From positions 18,211 through 82,210 of the forward strand of contig JAZLJO010000005.1 in assembly GCA_045617905.1 (NCBI GenBank): a stretch of DNA of 64,000 nt, read 5' to 3'. Both the position numbers and the translations under genes were made by a program. This document shows, in pieces, positions 37,201 to 45,388 of this stretch. This DNA comes from Candidatus Enterousia sp. GTDB taxonomy: Bacteria > Pseudomonadota > Alphaproteobacteria > Rs-D84. The notes beneath the pieces are model-generated. The model did not search any database, was not told where the DNA came from, and worked only from the letters and a program-made list of their open reading frames with translations. How positions within the stretch are numbered: the stretch's first letter is position 1; each line of letters opens with the position of its first letter.

Positions 37201-37306
37201 TTTTTCCTTCCTTTGTATTTATATTTTTTGTTTTCTTTATTTTTTAATGTCTGTCTGCACTGTTTTTCGTTTTTTCTCTCTTTTCTTTGTTTTTCTTGTT
37301 TAAATT

Positions 37307-38527
37307 TTAATAATTTCCGTTTTCATCTGACGTTACCACAGTCCATTTTAGTTTATCGCCCTGAACTGATAATACACACAACCCATCATCACATTTGTCC
37401 GGTTTATTCGGGTCTGTTTGCAAAAATTCCGCTATTTTTTGTGCAATCTCACTGCCCTGTTGCAATGTTATCTGATCAACTTTATTAGCAATATCTTCAA
37501 CATCAGATTGATTTGCTTTGGTCTTCAATTCTTCTTTGGTCGCAGCGTCTGTAATTCCATACCCCGCCAATGTTGTGGCTCTATCTGCCTTGTCTGCCAA
37601 TTTGGTATCCATTTCAGATTTTGTATAGGCAATTTCTTTTATTGCATTGTCAATCAAATCATTCATTTGATCCATATCAACTTCGCCCGGTTCACCCTTT
37701 TCACCACGAATATCCGCCAATGCAATCAATTCACGTTCATCCGTTTCATCAGAATACCGCCATGTCAAATGTGTATCATTTTTACCCAATACAATTTCAC
37801 GACCATCGACCCCTGCACCGCCCGCCGTGCCAATCGCACCCTTTAATTTTTCAACATCTACATATATTTCGCCATTTTCAATTATTATGTATCCGTCCGA
37901 TGCGTTTAAAGAATCCTGTTTTGAATCCAATTTAGATTTAATTTGATCGACATCGGTTTTATCCGCCTTGGCATCTAATGCCGTATTAACATCGGTTAAA
38001 TCTGGGTTTATATCTTTGACGGCATCTGCAATTTTATCCGCAATATCGTCCGCATCTACCTTGGTTTCTAATATTTTATCAATTTCGTCTAATTTTTTAT
38101 CCACATCATCTTTGGTATAGATGTTATTTTTTATATCTTGGTTTATTTCATTAATATTTTGTTCGATTTTATTTACCGTTGTTGCGTTTACTGCATTTGT
38201 TACGGTCTGATTTTTAATAGATGCACCACCTACAACCGATTTACCACCACCCAAATATTTACCAACCGACAAACGGTTTGTTGCGGTTTGAACCGTATTA
38301 TTATTTTTTGATGTATTGTTTACAGATTTTACATTGGTTGTAATTGGCGAAACCGATGTATTTAAACGCATTGTCGCACCACGTGCCGCATTTATCGCAG
38401 ATGACGTGCCATTATATGTTCCCGCACCGCCCAATTGACGAACCGTTGGGGCGGCCGCACGTGCGGATGCCGGTATAAATGCAAACACCGCACACATCAT
38501 TGACAAGATATATTTTACCGATTTCAA
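37307..38527 (-). CDS. Secreted tail-fibre-like/coiled-coil surface protein
   Basis: Signal peptide, many (K)ADK(T/A)D(V/L) heptad-like repeats, short collagen-like GEKGEPGEV, and KADRATTLAGYGITDA, a motif common in phage tail fibres. TTG start per the ORF track. Confidence 0.6.
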   Translation of the reverse strand: MKSVKYILSMMCAVFAFIPASARAAAPTVRQLGGAGTYNGTSSAINAARGATMRLNTSVSPITTNVKSVNNTSKNNNTVQTATNRLSVGKYLGGGKSVVGGASIKNQTVTNAVNATTVNKIEQNINEINQDIKNNIYTKDDVDKKLDEIDKILETKVDADDIADKIADAVKDINPDLTDVNTALDAKADKTDVDQIKSKLDSKQDSLNASDGYIIIENGEIYVDVEKLKGAIGTAGGAGVDGREIVLGKNDTHLTWRYSDETDERELIALADIRGEKGEPGEVDMDQMNDLIDNAIKEIAYTKSEMDTKLADKADRATTLAGYGITDAATKEELKTKANQSDVEDIANKVDQITLQQGSEIAQKIAEFLQTDPNKPDKCDDGLCVLSVQGDKLKWTVVTSDENGNY

Positions 38528-38596
38528 TTCTCTCTCGCTTATGGTTATTAGTATATCATATTTTTTGATTAAATCCTAATGCATAAATCAACTTTT

Positions 38597-39511
38597 TTAA
38601 AATTCATACCGAATACCCAAAGATATGGAATTATCCAAAACAAAATTTATTTTATTTTGCATTTCATGCATACCATTTGATGTATCTTGGAAATTAAATT
38701 TTTGTGTTCCCCCCGTCATACCGGATATACGATAACGTAAATCTAAATACATTTTTTCATCTAATTGGTGTGTATACCCCGCCATCAATGCACCCATAAA
38801 ACCGAAATTATAATCACGTTTGGTATCAACATTATAAACACCAGACCATTTGGTGATTAATGATGAAACACCCAAACCGGCACCAACATAAAAACCAGTG
38901 TTTTTAATATCATACAATCCATTTGCCATCATATATGTTCCCTGCATTTCGAAACGTGTTGTTGCATCACTGTCTTCAAATGCACCGATGTATCCGGCCT
39001 CTAATTCGGCACGATATGCATTACGGAACATATAACCAACGCTTAAACTGCCACCCATAACTGGTTCAAACGAATATGAATCATTGGCAAATTCTTCATT
39101 TGGATCCCAACCATCATCCGTACTGTATTTATTATCCCAATTTAAAAAACTTAGTTCTACGCGTCCCGTCATGTACCAACCTGGGTGTGCATGTGGGGTT
39201 GCAGCACCACGCGTTCCCTTGCGAACCAGACGACGAAATGCACTGTCGGTTTGATCACTGTATTTCCATAAAACCCATTCATCATCATAGCCCAATACAA
39301 TTTCACGACCATGATCGCGTGCAACCATATCCAATGCACTGGATAAATTATCAACATCAACCGAAACCTTTGAATCATCAATAACAACATAACCATCAGA
39401 TGTTGTTGTTAATGTATATCCGCCACGATTATTACGCATAATTGTTGATGGTGCACCATATGCAGTTGTTACAAATACAGATGCCAATAATGCACATATC
39501 GTTTTATTCAT
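38597..39511 (-). CDS. Surface module fused to an outer-membrane beta-barrel
   Basis: Signal peptide MNKTICALLASVFVTTAYG. N-terminal SDGYVVIDDSKVSVDVDNL...GREIVLGYDDEWVLWKYSD is paralogous to the 406-aa protein. The C-terminal half has alternating beta-strands ending ...GIRYEF. Confidence 0.65.
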   Translation of the reverse strand: MNKTICALLASVFVTTAYGAPSTIMRNNRGGYTLTTTSDGYVVIDDSKVSVDVDNLSSALDMVARDHGREIVLGYDDEWVLWKYSDQTDSAFRRLVRKGTRGAATPHAHPGWYMTGRVELSFLNWDNKYSTDDGWDPNEEFANDSYSFEPVMGGSLSVGYMFRNAYRAELEAGYIGAFEDSDATTRFEMQGTYMMANGLYDIKNTGFYVGAGLGVSSLITKWSGVYNVDTKRDYNFGFMGALMAGYTHQLDEKMYLDLRYRISGMTGGTQKFNFQDTSNGMHEMQNKINFVLDNSISLGIRYEF

Positions 39512-39678
39512 TTTATGTATCCCCCCAGAAATTATTTGTATATACATCATACCATAAAATGCACCTGTTTCAAAATTGTTTTTTATAACTTTTTATAATT
39601 TGGCATAAAAACGCCTATTTTCTTGGGGTTTCTGCATTATTCTTGACCCATATAAAATTTTTTACTACCATTGCGGGC

Positions 39679-40488
39679 ATGGAAGAAAATACAGCAATTT
39701 CTTTTGCGAATGTTGGTGCAACATATGATGGAACCAATGAAGTCTTGGGCGATGTTTCGTTTAACATCAGTGCCGGTTCATTTTATTTTTTATCCGGGGC
39801 ATCTGGGGCGGGTAAAACAACGTTATTACGTTTAATCTATCAATTACACCACCCTGCCCGTGGCCAGATTAAATTATTTGGTCAAACCATAAATAATATG
39901 ACACGTAATGATATTGCACGTTTACGTCATAAAATGGCAATTGTTTTCCAAGAATATTCTTTGATATCACACCTGTCTGTGTTTGATAATATTGCATTAC
40001 CATTACGTGTACGTGGTCTGTCTGATGCCAAGGTGCGTCAATTGGTTGGTCGGGTTTTAGAATGGGTTGGATTGGCCAAATATGCAAACGCAGATCCAAA
40101 ATCATTATCCGGTGGTCAACAACAACGCGTATCTGTGGCTCGGGCTATTATTATACAACCTGCAATTTTATTGGCGGACGAACCGACCGGGAATTTAGAT
40201 GATGAAAATGCATCACGATTGATGGAATTGTTTATACAAATGAATAAAATGTTTGGAACGACCATTATTTTGGCAACGCACAGTAAAAAATTAATGGATA
40301 CATATAAATTCCCCGTCATGCATATTGAAAATCATCGGGTTTCATTTATGAATAATGGTTCTAATGTGACTTTGGCCGCCGACATACCACAAAAAGACAA
40401 TGGGTTTGTTAAAATTTGGAAGGGACCAAAACCACAAAACTATTTTACAGAATTGTCTAAACAATTTGAAGATATTGGGAATACATAA
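39679..40488 (+). CDS. ftsE: Cell division ATP-binding protein FtsE (with C-terminal extension)
   Basis: GASGAGKTTLL, LSGGQQQRVSVARA, LLADEPTGNLD, followed by ftsX. Confidence 0.9.
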   Translation: MEENTAISFANVGATYDGTNEVLGDVSFNISAGSFYFLSGASGAGKTTLLRLIYQLHHPARGQIKLFGQTINNMTRNDIARLRHKMAIVFQEYSLISHLSVFDNIALPLRVRGLSDAKVRQLVGRVLEWVGLAKYANADPKSLSGGQQQRVSVARAIIIQPAILLADEPTGNLDDENASRLMELFIQMNKMFGTTIILATHSKKLMDTYKFPVMHIENHRVSFMNNGSNVTLAADIPQKDNGFVKIWKGPKPQNYFTELSKQFEDIGNT

Positions 40489-40491
40489 AAT

Positions 40492-41331
40492 ATGAAAACG
40501 CCTATTGTTTTTTCGTTGTTTCGTGAACAATCAATTTTTATGACAGCCATAATGTCATTATTGACGTTTTTGGCCGTATTGTCGTTGGGAATCGGATTGG
40601 CGATTGGTACAGGTGTTATACGTTGGAACGCCCAATGGGATACAATTGCAACAATACAGGTTGTAAACCCGGATAATGCGATGACGGTAAAAAAAATAAT
40701 TTATGACAATCAAAATAAAATCAAAAATATTACAGAAATTACCCCACAACAGATGGAAAATCTGCTGCGACCGTGGATATCATCGGGCGGAAATGCATTA
40801 CAGGCGTATTTACCCCAAATGTACGAGGTTAAATTTTATACCCGTCATGAAATGAATGAATTTGGTTCTGTGGTTTCAAATTATGCCCGTTTTTTAACAC
40901 ATTACCAGGCCCTGCGACCATCTATTGCGGCCGGATGGCATATGGCAATGATTGCGATTTTAGTTTTGATTTTGGTCGTTGGAACAATTGGTGTTTGTAT
41001 ATCATATATCGCACGCAACACTGCCCAATTGCATAAACATGAATTGGAAATATTGAATCAGGTTGGTGCAACAGATGCATATATCGCAAAACAAATGCAA
41101 ATGATTGTTGCAAGAATATGCATTGCTGCATCGGCATCTGGTTTTATTGCGGCATTTCCTGTGTTATTGTTAATAATTGGGGTGGCAACATCTGCACGCG
41201 TCGGTTTAATGTCTATGATTGGTTTGACTGGATTCGGTTGGGGTTGTTTAATATTAATGCCAATTGCAATTGTTATGTTTGCAATTTGTATTACACGCCG
41301 TACAACGTTTAAAATTTTACAAAATAAATAA
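40492..41331 (+). CDS. ftsX: Cell division permease-like protein FtsX
   Basis: 279 aa with 4 TM segments and a periplasmic loop. Downstream of ftsE. The stop overlaps the next ATG (TAATG). Confidence 0.8.
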   Translation: MKTPIVFSLFREQSIFMTAIMSLLTFLAVLSLGIGLAIGTGVIRWNAQWDTIATIQVVNPDNAMTVKKIIYDNQNKIKNITEITPQQMENLLRPWISSGGNALQAYLPQMYEVKFYTRHEMNEFGSVVSNYARFLTHYQALRPSIAAGWHMAMIAILVLILVVGTIGVCISYIARNTAQLHKHELEILNQVGATDAYIAKQMQMIVARICIAASASGFIAAFPVLLLIIGVATSARVGLMSMIGLTGFGWGCLILMPIAIVMFAICITRRTTFKILQNK

Positions 41332-41837
41332 TGAAATTATTAACACCATCTTTGTTAATATTGGCAGTATTTGTGTTGGGGGGCATGATGTTCAAATCTA
41401 TGGCCCCGGTAAATTGCGGCACAATATTGCCAGATGACCGTGTTTTTGTTTTAACCGGTGACGTTCGGCGTATCCCATTTGCGATGCGCATGTTGCGGAC
41501 CCACCCAGATATTCATGTATATATTATTGGGGCCGGTGGCGGAACATACTATAATTCCCCACATATTATTGTGGAATCTGATTCAAAATCCACATATCAA
41601 AATGCGGTTGCAATAAAAAATATTACAATACAAAAAAATCTGGATCGGATTGTTGTTATTACAACCGAAGATCATATGAATCGTGCAATGTATTTAATAC
41701 GTCAAGAATTACCAAACACAGAAATTGTTGCATGTCCAACACGATTATTTGGGATGCCACCCGCAAAAAGACTTGAACGTTGGGCCACAGAATATGTAAA
41801 ATATGTCGCCACAATGTTTGGAATTAAAGAAAGTTAA
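41331..41837 (+). CDS. YdcF/ElyC (DUF218) family protein
   Basis: 168 aa. N-terminal TM helix, VFVLTGD...IIGAGG...TEDHMNRA pattern. Confidence 0.65.
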   Translation: MKLLTPSLLILAVFVLGGMMFKSMAPVNCGTILPDDRVFVLTGDVRRIPFAMRMLRTHPDIHVYIIGAGGGTYYNSPHIIVESDSKSTYQNAVAIKNITIQKNLDRIVVITTEDHMNRAMYLIRQELPNTEIVACPTRLFGMPPAKRLERWATEYVKYVATMFGIKES

Positions 41838-41852
41838 AAAGGTAAATAAAAA

Positions 41853-42560
41853 ATGATACGTACACTGTTTTTTAAATTGATTTTAGGAATTTATTTTTTG
41901 GCATGGGCACCGATGTTATTAATTGGGTTAATTTCACGAAAACTTAGTTCTTTTTTGGTATTATCGTGTGCACATGGCGTTTTGATTTTGGCCAGAATAT
42001 TGGCCGGAATAAAATACGAGATTCATTATCCATTAACCGAAGAAAATGGTGTACCGGTTGCCCCAAATGAAAATATTCGTTTAGATGGCAAGGCCATTAT
42101 TGCTGCCAAACACATGTCAATATTAGAGGTTGCCATTCTGGCCCACCTTATTCCAAATTCATTTTTTATCATAAAACGCGAATTGACATGGATTCCAATT
42201 TATGGTTGGGCATTTTGGCGTATGGGGTTGCAACCTGTCAATCGGACGCGTGGTGCAACAAATATGAACAAATTAACAAATGTTGTTGCAAAAAAAATTA
42301 TGGACGGACAAATATTGATTATTTTTCCCGAAGGAACACGAACCAAACCGGGCCAGCCCGTACCATTAAAACGTGGGTTATTATTTTTGGCTCATCAATT
42401 AAAATTACCAATATTACCGGTTGGAACGGATACAGGCTTGTATTGGCCAAAACATGGTCGCATGCACAGCGGTACAGCCAATATATGGTTTGAACCAATG
42501 TTACCATGTAATGCATCATTAGACGAAATAAACAACGCAATAAACAAACACAGTGCATAA
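41853..42560 (+). CDS. plsC: 1-acyl-sn-glycerol-3-phosphate (lysophospholipid) acyltransferase
   Basis: AAKHMSILEV (H-x4-D/E box), FPEGTRTKPG. Confidence 0.8.
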   Translation: MIRTLFFKLILGIYFLAWAPMLLIGLISRKLSSFLVLSCAHGVLILARILAGIKYEIHYPLTEENGVPVAPNENIRLDGKAIIAAKHMSILEVAILAHLIPNSFFIIKRELTWIPIYGWAFWRMGLQPVNRTRGATNMNKLTNVVAKKIMDGQILIIFPEGTRTKPGQPVPLKRGLLFLAHQLKLPILPVGTDTGLYWPKHGRMHSGTANIWFEPMLPCNASLDEINNAINKHSA

Positions 42561-42626
42561 AAGTACTTGCTTTTGTTTCACGATATTTTGTATACTGCCG
42601 GACACAGAATTTTGAGTTGAACGCAA

Positions 42627-43373
42627 ATGATACATACATACATACATACATACATACATACATACATACATACATACATACATACATTAAATAAACTTAC
42701 CTATGCATTATTTTTATTGTTTTGTGTAACTGAAAGTGCAGAATGTGCTGTTCAAGGATGCAGTTGTAACAATGGTGGTTATACTGCCACACAAGCCCAA
42801 TTCGCCACCCAACATATGACCAGTCCTGCGGGGTCTTATTCGAATTGTACAGCATATAATTATAAATATATTACAGCTGGAGGTTCTTACCTGGCAATAC
42901 CAGATTGTCAAACATGCAGTGCGGGTTATCAGTTGATTGCAAAGAGCTATGATTTTAGTCAATCATGCGGTTATGGGTATGGTACCGAGTGTGTAATAAA
43001 TTATTCCAATTGTAGTAAATGTGATGCTATCGGTAACTATTACGATTCGTCGTCAAAACAGTGTAAAGCCTGTACAAATGCACCATCAAATGCAACCTAT
43101 ACCAGCAATGGCGGAACCAGTGCAACGGGGTGTTCGTGGCAATGTAATGCGGGATATTATAAAAATTCAAACACTTGTACAAAATGTGCCGCGGGAACCT
43201 ACAGTGCCGCCGGTGCAACGGTATGTACCAGTTGTAAAACCACAACCAGTAATACCAGTGCAACATCTGCAGAGGGGTCAACAACCATAAATGATTGTTA
43301 CGTTCCAAAAACGGCGCAATTTACCAATACATTCGGGACATGGCACTATACAGACAATTGTTATTATAAATAA
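42627..43373 (+). CDS. Cys-rich secreted protein with GCC2/GCC3 (ephrin-receptor/TNFR-like) repeats; candidate phase-variable gene
   Basis: ATG, then the (TACA)14 tract, then signal-like YALFLLFCVTESAEC, then repeats such as CQTCSAGYQL, CSWQCNAGYYKNSNTCTKCAAGTYSAAGATVCTSC. Confidence 0.6.
   Translation: MIHTYIHTYIHTYIHTYIHTLNKLTYALFLLFCVTESAECAVQGCSCNNGGYTATQAQFATQHMTSPAGSYSNCTAYNYKYITAGGSYLAIPDCQTCSAGYQLIAKSYDFSQSCGYGYGTECVINYSNCSKCDAIGNYYDSSSKQCKACTNAPSNATYTSNGGTSATGCSWQCNAGYYKNSNTCTKCAAGTYSAAGATVCTSCKTTTSNTSATSAEGSTTINDCYVPKTAQFTNTFGTWHYTDNCYYK
42630..42687 (+). repeat. Tetranucleotide microsatellite (TACA)14
   Basis: Counted directly: 14 perfect TACA units at 42631-42686 plus flanking partial units. 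They are translated as (IHTY)n in the downstream ORF. Confidence 0.95.
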
Positions 43374-43382
43374 TATCATTTA

Positions 43383-45371
43383 TTACATTGATTTATCATT
43401 TTGTTTGATACCATAAACACAACAGATTGAAAATAATAATATTATAATCATCCAACCGTTTCGACCAATGTATCTGTATAATGTAAAATGTTCACCGTGT
43501 GATACACCGTCTAATATTCCTGTTTGCCCTACTTCCAAATATGATGTAATGTTTCCCGCGGCATCAATAAATGCACTGATTCCAGAATAATTTGCACGGA
43601 TAATTGGAATTCCTGATTCAATTGCATAACGCCGAACCATATCCAAGTGTTGATACGTTCCGGGGGTTTTACCAAACCATGTATCATTTGTTATATTTAT
43701 TATGGCATTTATTTTTTGATTATTTTGCTTTATCAATGCATCTGAAAAAATTATTTCATAACATATTGCAGGTGCAATAACAAATTTTCCCGATGTTAAA
43801 TTAATATCTATTGTTTCCGGCCCACTTCCCCGCCCTAATTCAGTTGGTGATGGCATAATCCCAAATGGGCTGTATTCACCAAATGGGACCAAATGTGATT
43901 TACTGTATTTATGCCAAATTATACCATCCGGGGTGGCAAAAATCATAGAATTATACACACGACCATTTGAATACGTTAACGCACCTGTAATTATATTTTT
44001 TCCCAGCATTTTTGCCAATTGCATTTTATTATCTGTGACAATAAACGGGTATGTTGTTTCGGGATACACGATTAAATCAGCCGTTTTTGTACCATTATCA
44101 CGCGCCAATAAATACATTTGTTTTATATTTTTTTCGGCCATTGCAATTGCATCTGCACGTCCATTTGGCATTTTTTGTGATTGTGAACGTGCGGGTTGAA
44201 CAATTCGAATAACCGGTTGATTAATATTTTCTTTTATAGAATTTGCCATACTGATATTTATACGTCCACCAATTATTCCAATAAATCCCAACAACACGAA
44301 AATCAAAACCGGAATCCATGTTCGTTTTTTACCACGATAACGCAACAATTCAACAATTGCCGACACCACACCAATTATGATAAACGTTAACCCTAATGCC
44401 CCCCAAATCGACATTGAATTTGACAACGTTTTCCATGGCATTACGATATTTGCAATCGGATTCCAAGGAAAACCCGTTAAAAACCATTCACGCAACCATA
44501 AAACAAATGTCCATGTGGCGGCAAAAATGAATGGACTGGATAAAATACTGGATCGAAAACGTATAAACAATGCAAATGGTGTCGAAAATACTATCACACC
44601 AGCCAACCCAATACCAATTAGACCTGGAATTGTCCAGATGGCAAATTGTTCAGTCAATTCAGGAACAACATAAATTGAATGCAATACCCACCAAAACATT
44701 GCAATTGCATACATTGCACCAAATGGTGCCGTGTACATTAAACCACGCCAAAAACCAATACGATTTTGTATACGTGTTGTTAACCAATATGCCCCCCCAA
44801 TTCCCAATAACGCTGTTTCCCAAACATAAAATGGTGCGAAACCAATTGCAGCAACACACCCCAATATACCATATAACAAATATTGTGTTAATCTGTGTTC
44901 ACAAATGTGTTTTGTAATAGAAAAAAATCTTTTAAAAAAACCGCCATCATCATATGGATTTTTATAGCCTAATTTTTTTAATAATTTTGTTTCTAATGCC
45001 TGCATTATTTCGGCTTCGTCATCTTTAATATGATCGTATCCCTGCAAATGCAACATTCCATGAATTACCATATGTGCAACATGTTCTTCAACCGATATTC
45101 CCAATGCAACTGCTTCGCGTTTAACAGTGTCCAATGATATATAGATATCACCTAACAACAAATCATCCCCCAATTCAAATGACAATACATTTGTCGGTTT
45201 ATCGATATTTCTATATTCACGATTTAACACGTGGATTTCGGAATCTGATGTTAACGTTATCGACACTTCTGATTCTTTGTATACGGCAGAAACCGCCATA
45301 CAGGCGATTTTTTCAAAATCTATTTTATATTTTTTCCACCGTTTGTCATTGTAATTTACATATACCTGCAT
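43383..45371 (-). CDS. lnt: Fusion protein: YbeY endoribonuclease domain plus apolipoprotein N-acyltransferase (Lnt)
   Basis: N-terminal 150 aa carry the YbeY motif HGMLHLQGYDH. The remainder is multi-TM plus a CN-hydrolase domain (LIVYPETT..., ICYEIIF). A single uninterrupted 662-aa ORF. Confidence 0.8.
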   Translation of the reverse strand: MQVYVNYNDKRWKKYKIDFEKIACMAVSAVYKESEVSITLTSDSEIHVLNREYRNIDKPTNVLSFELGDDLLLGDIYISLDTVKREAVALGISVEEHVAHMVIHGMLHLQGYDHIKDDEAEIMQALETKLLKKLGYKNPYDDGGFFKRFFSITKHICEHRLTQYLLYGILGCVAAIGFAPFYVWETALLGIGGAYWLTTRIQNRIGFWRGLMYTAPFGAMYAIAMFWWVLHSIYVVPELTEQFAIWTIPGLIGIGLAGVIVFSTPFALFIRFRSSILSSPFIFAATWTFVLWLREWFLTGFPWNPIANIVMPWKTLSNSMSIWGALGLTFIIIGVVSAIVELLRYRGKKRTWIPVLIFVLLGFIGIIGGRINISMANSIKENINQPVIRIVQPARSQSQKMPNGRADAIAMAEKNIKQMYLLARDNGTKTADLIVYPETTYPFIVTDNKMQLAKMLGKNIITGALTYSNGRVYNSMIFATPDGIIWHKYSKSHLVPFGEYSPFGIMPSPTELGRGSGPETIDINLTSGKFVIAPAICYEIIFSDALIKQNNQKINAIINITNDTWFGKTPGTYQHLDMVRRYAIESGIPIIRANYSGISAFIDAAGNITSYLEVGQTGILDGVSHGEHFTLYRYIGRNGWMIIILLFSICCVYGIKQNDKSM

Positions 45372-45388
45372 TTTATTACCACACTGTA

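Noticed and set aside
36489-39550. Possibility that the tail-fibre-like genes mark a prophage.
   Set aside because: No capsid, terminase, tail-tube, integrase or lysis genes are adjacent. All four proteins have Sec signal peptides and one has an OMP barrel, so they are cellular surface proteins.
42319-42687. Minus-strand ORF starting MYVCMYVCMYVC...
   Set aside because: It is just the reverse-strand translation of the TACA microsatellite running into antisense plsC. There is no independent support.
44792-44798. G/C heptamer runs in lnt (44792-44798), the lysozyme-like gene (46201-46207) and xerD (62135-62141), considered as phase-variation tracts.
   Set aside because: All arise from Gly-Gly encoded GGGGGG in conserved or essential genes. 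They are shorter than typical switching tracts and serve mainly as a caution for the G9 finding.
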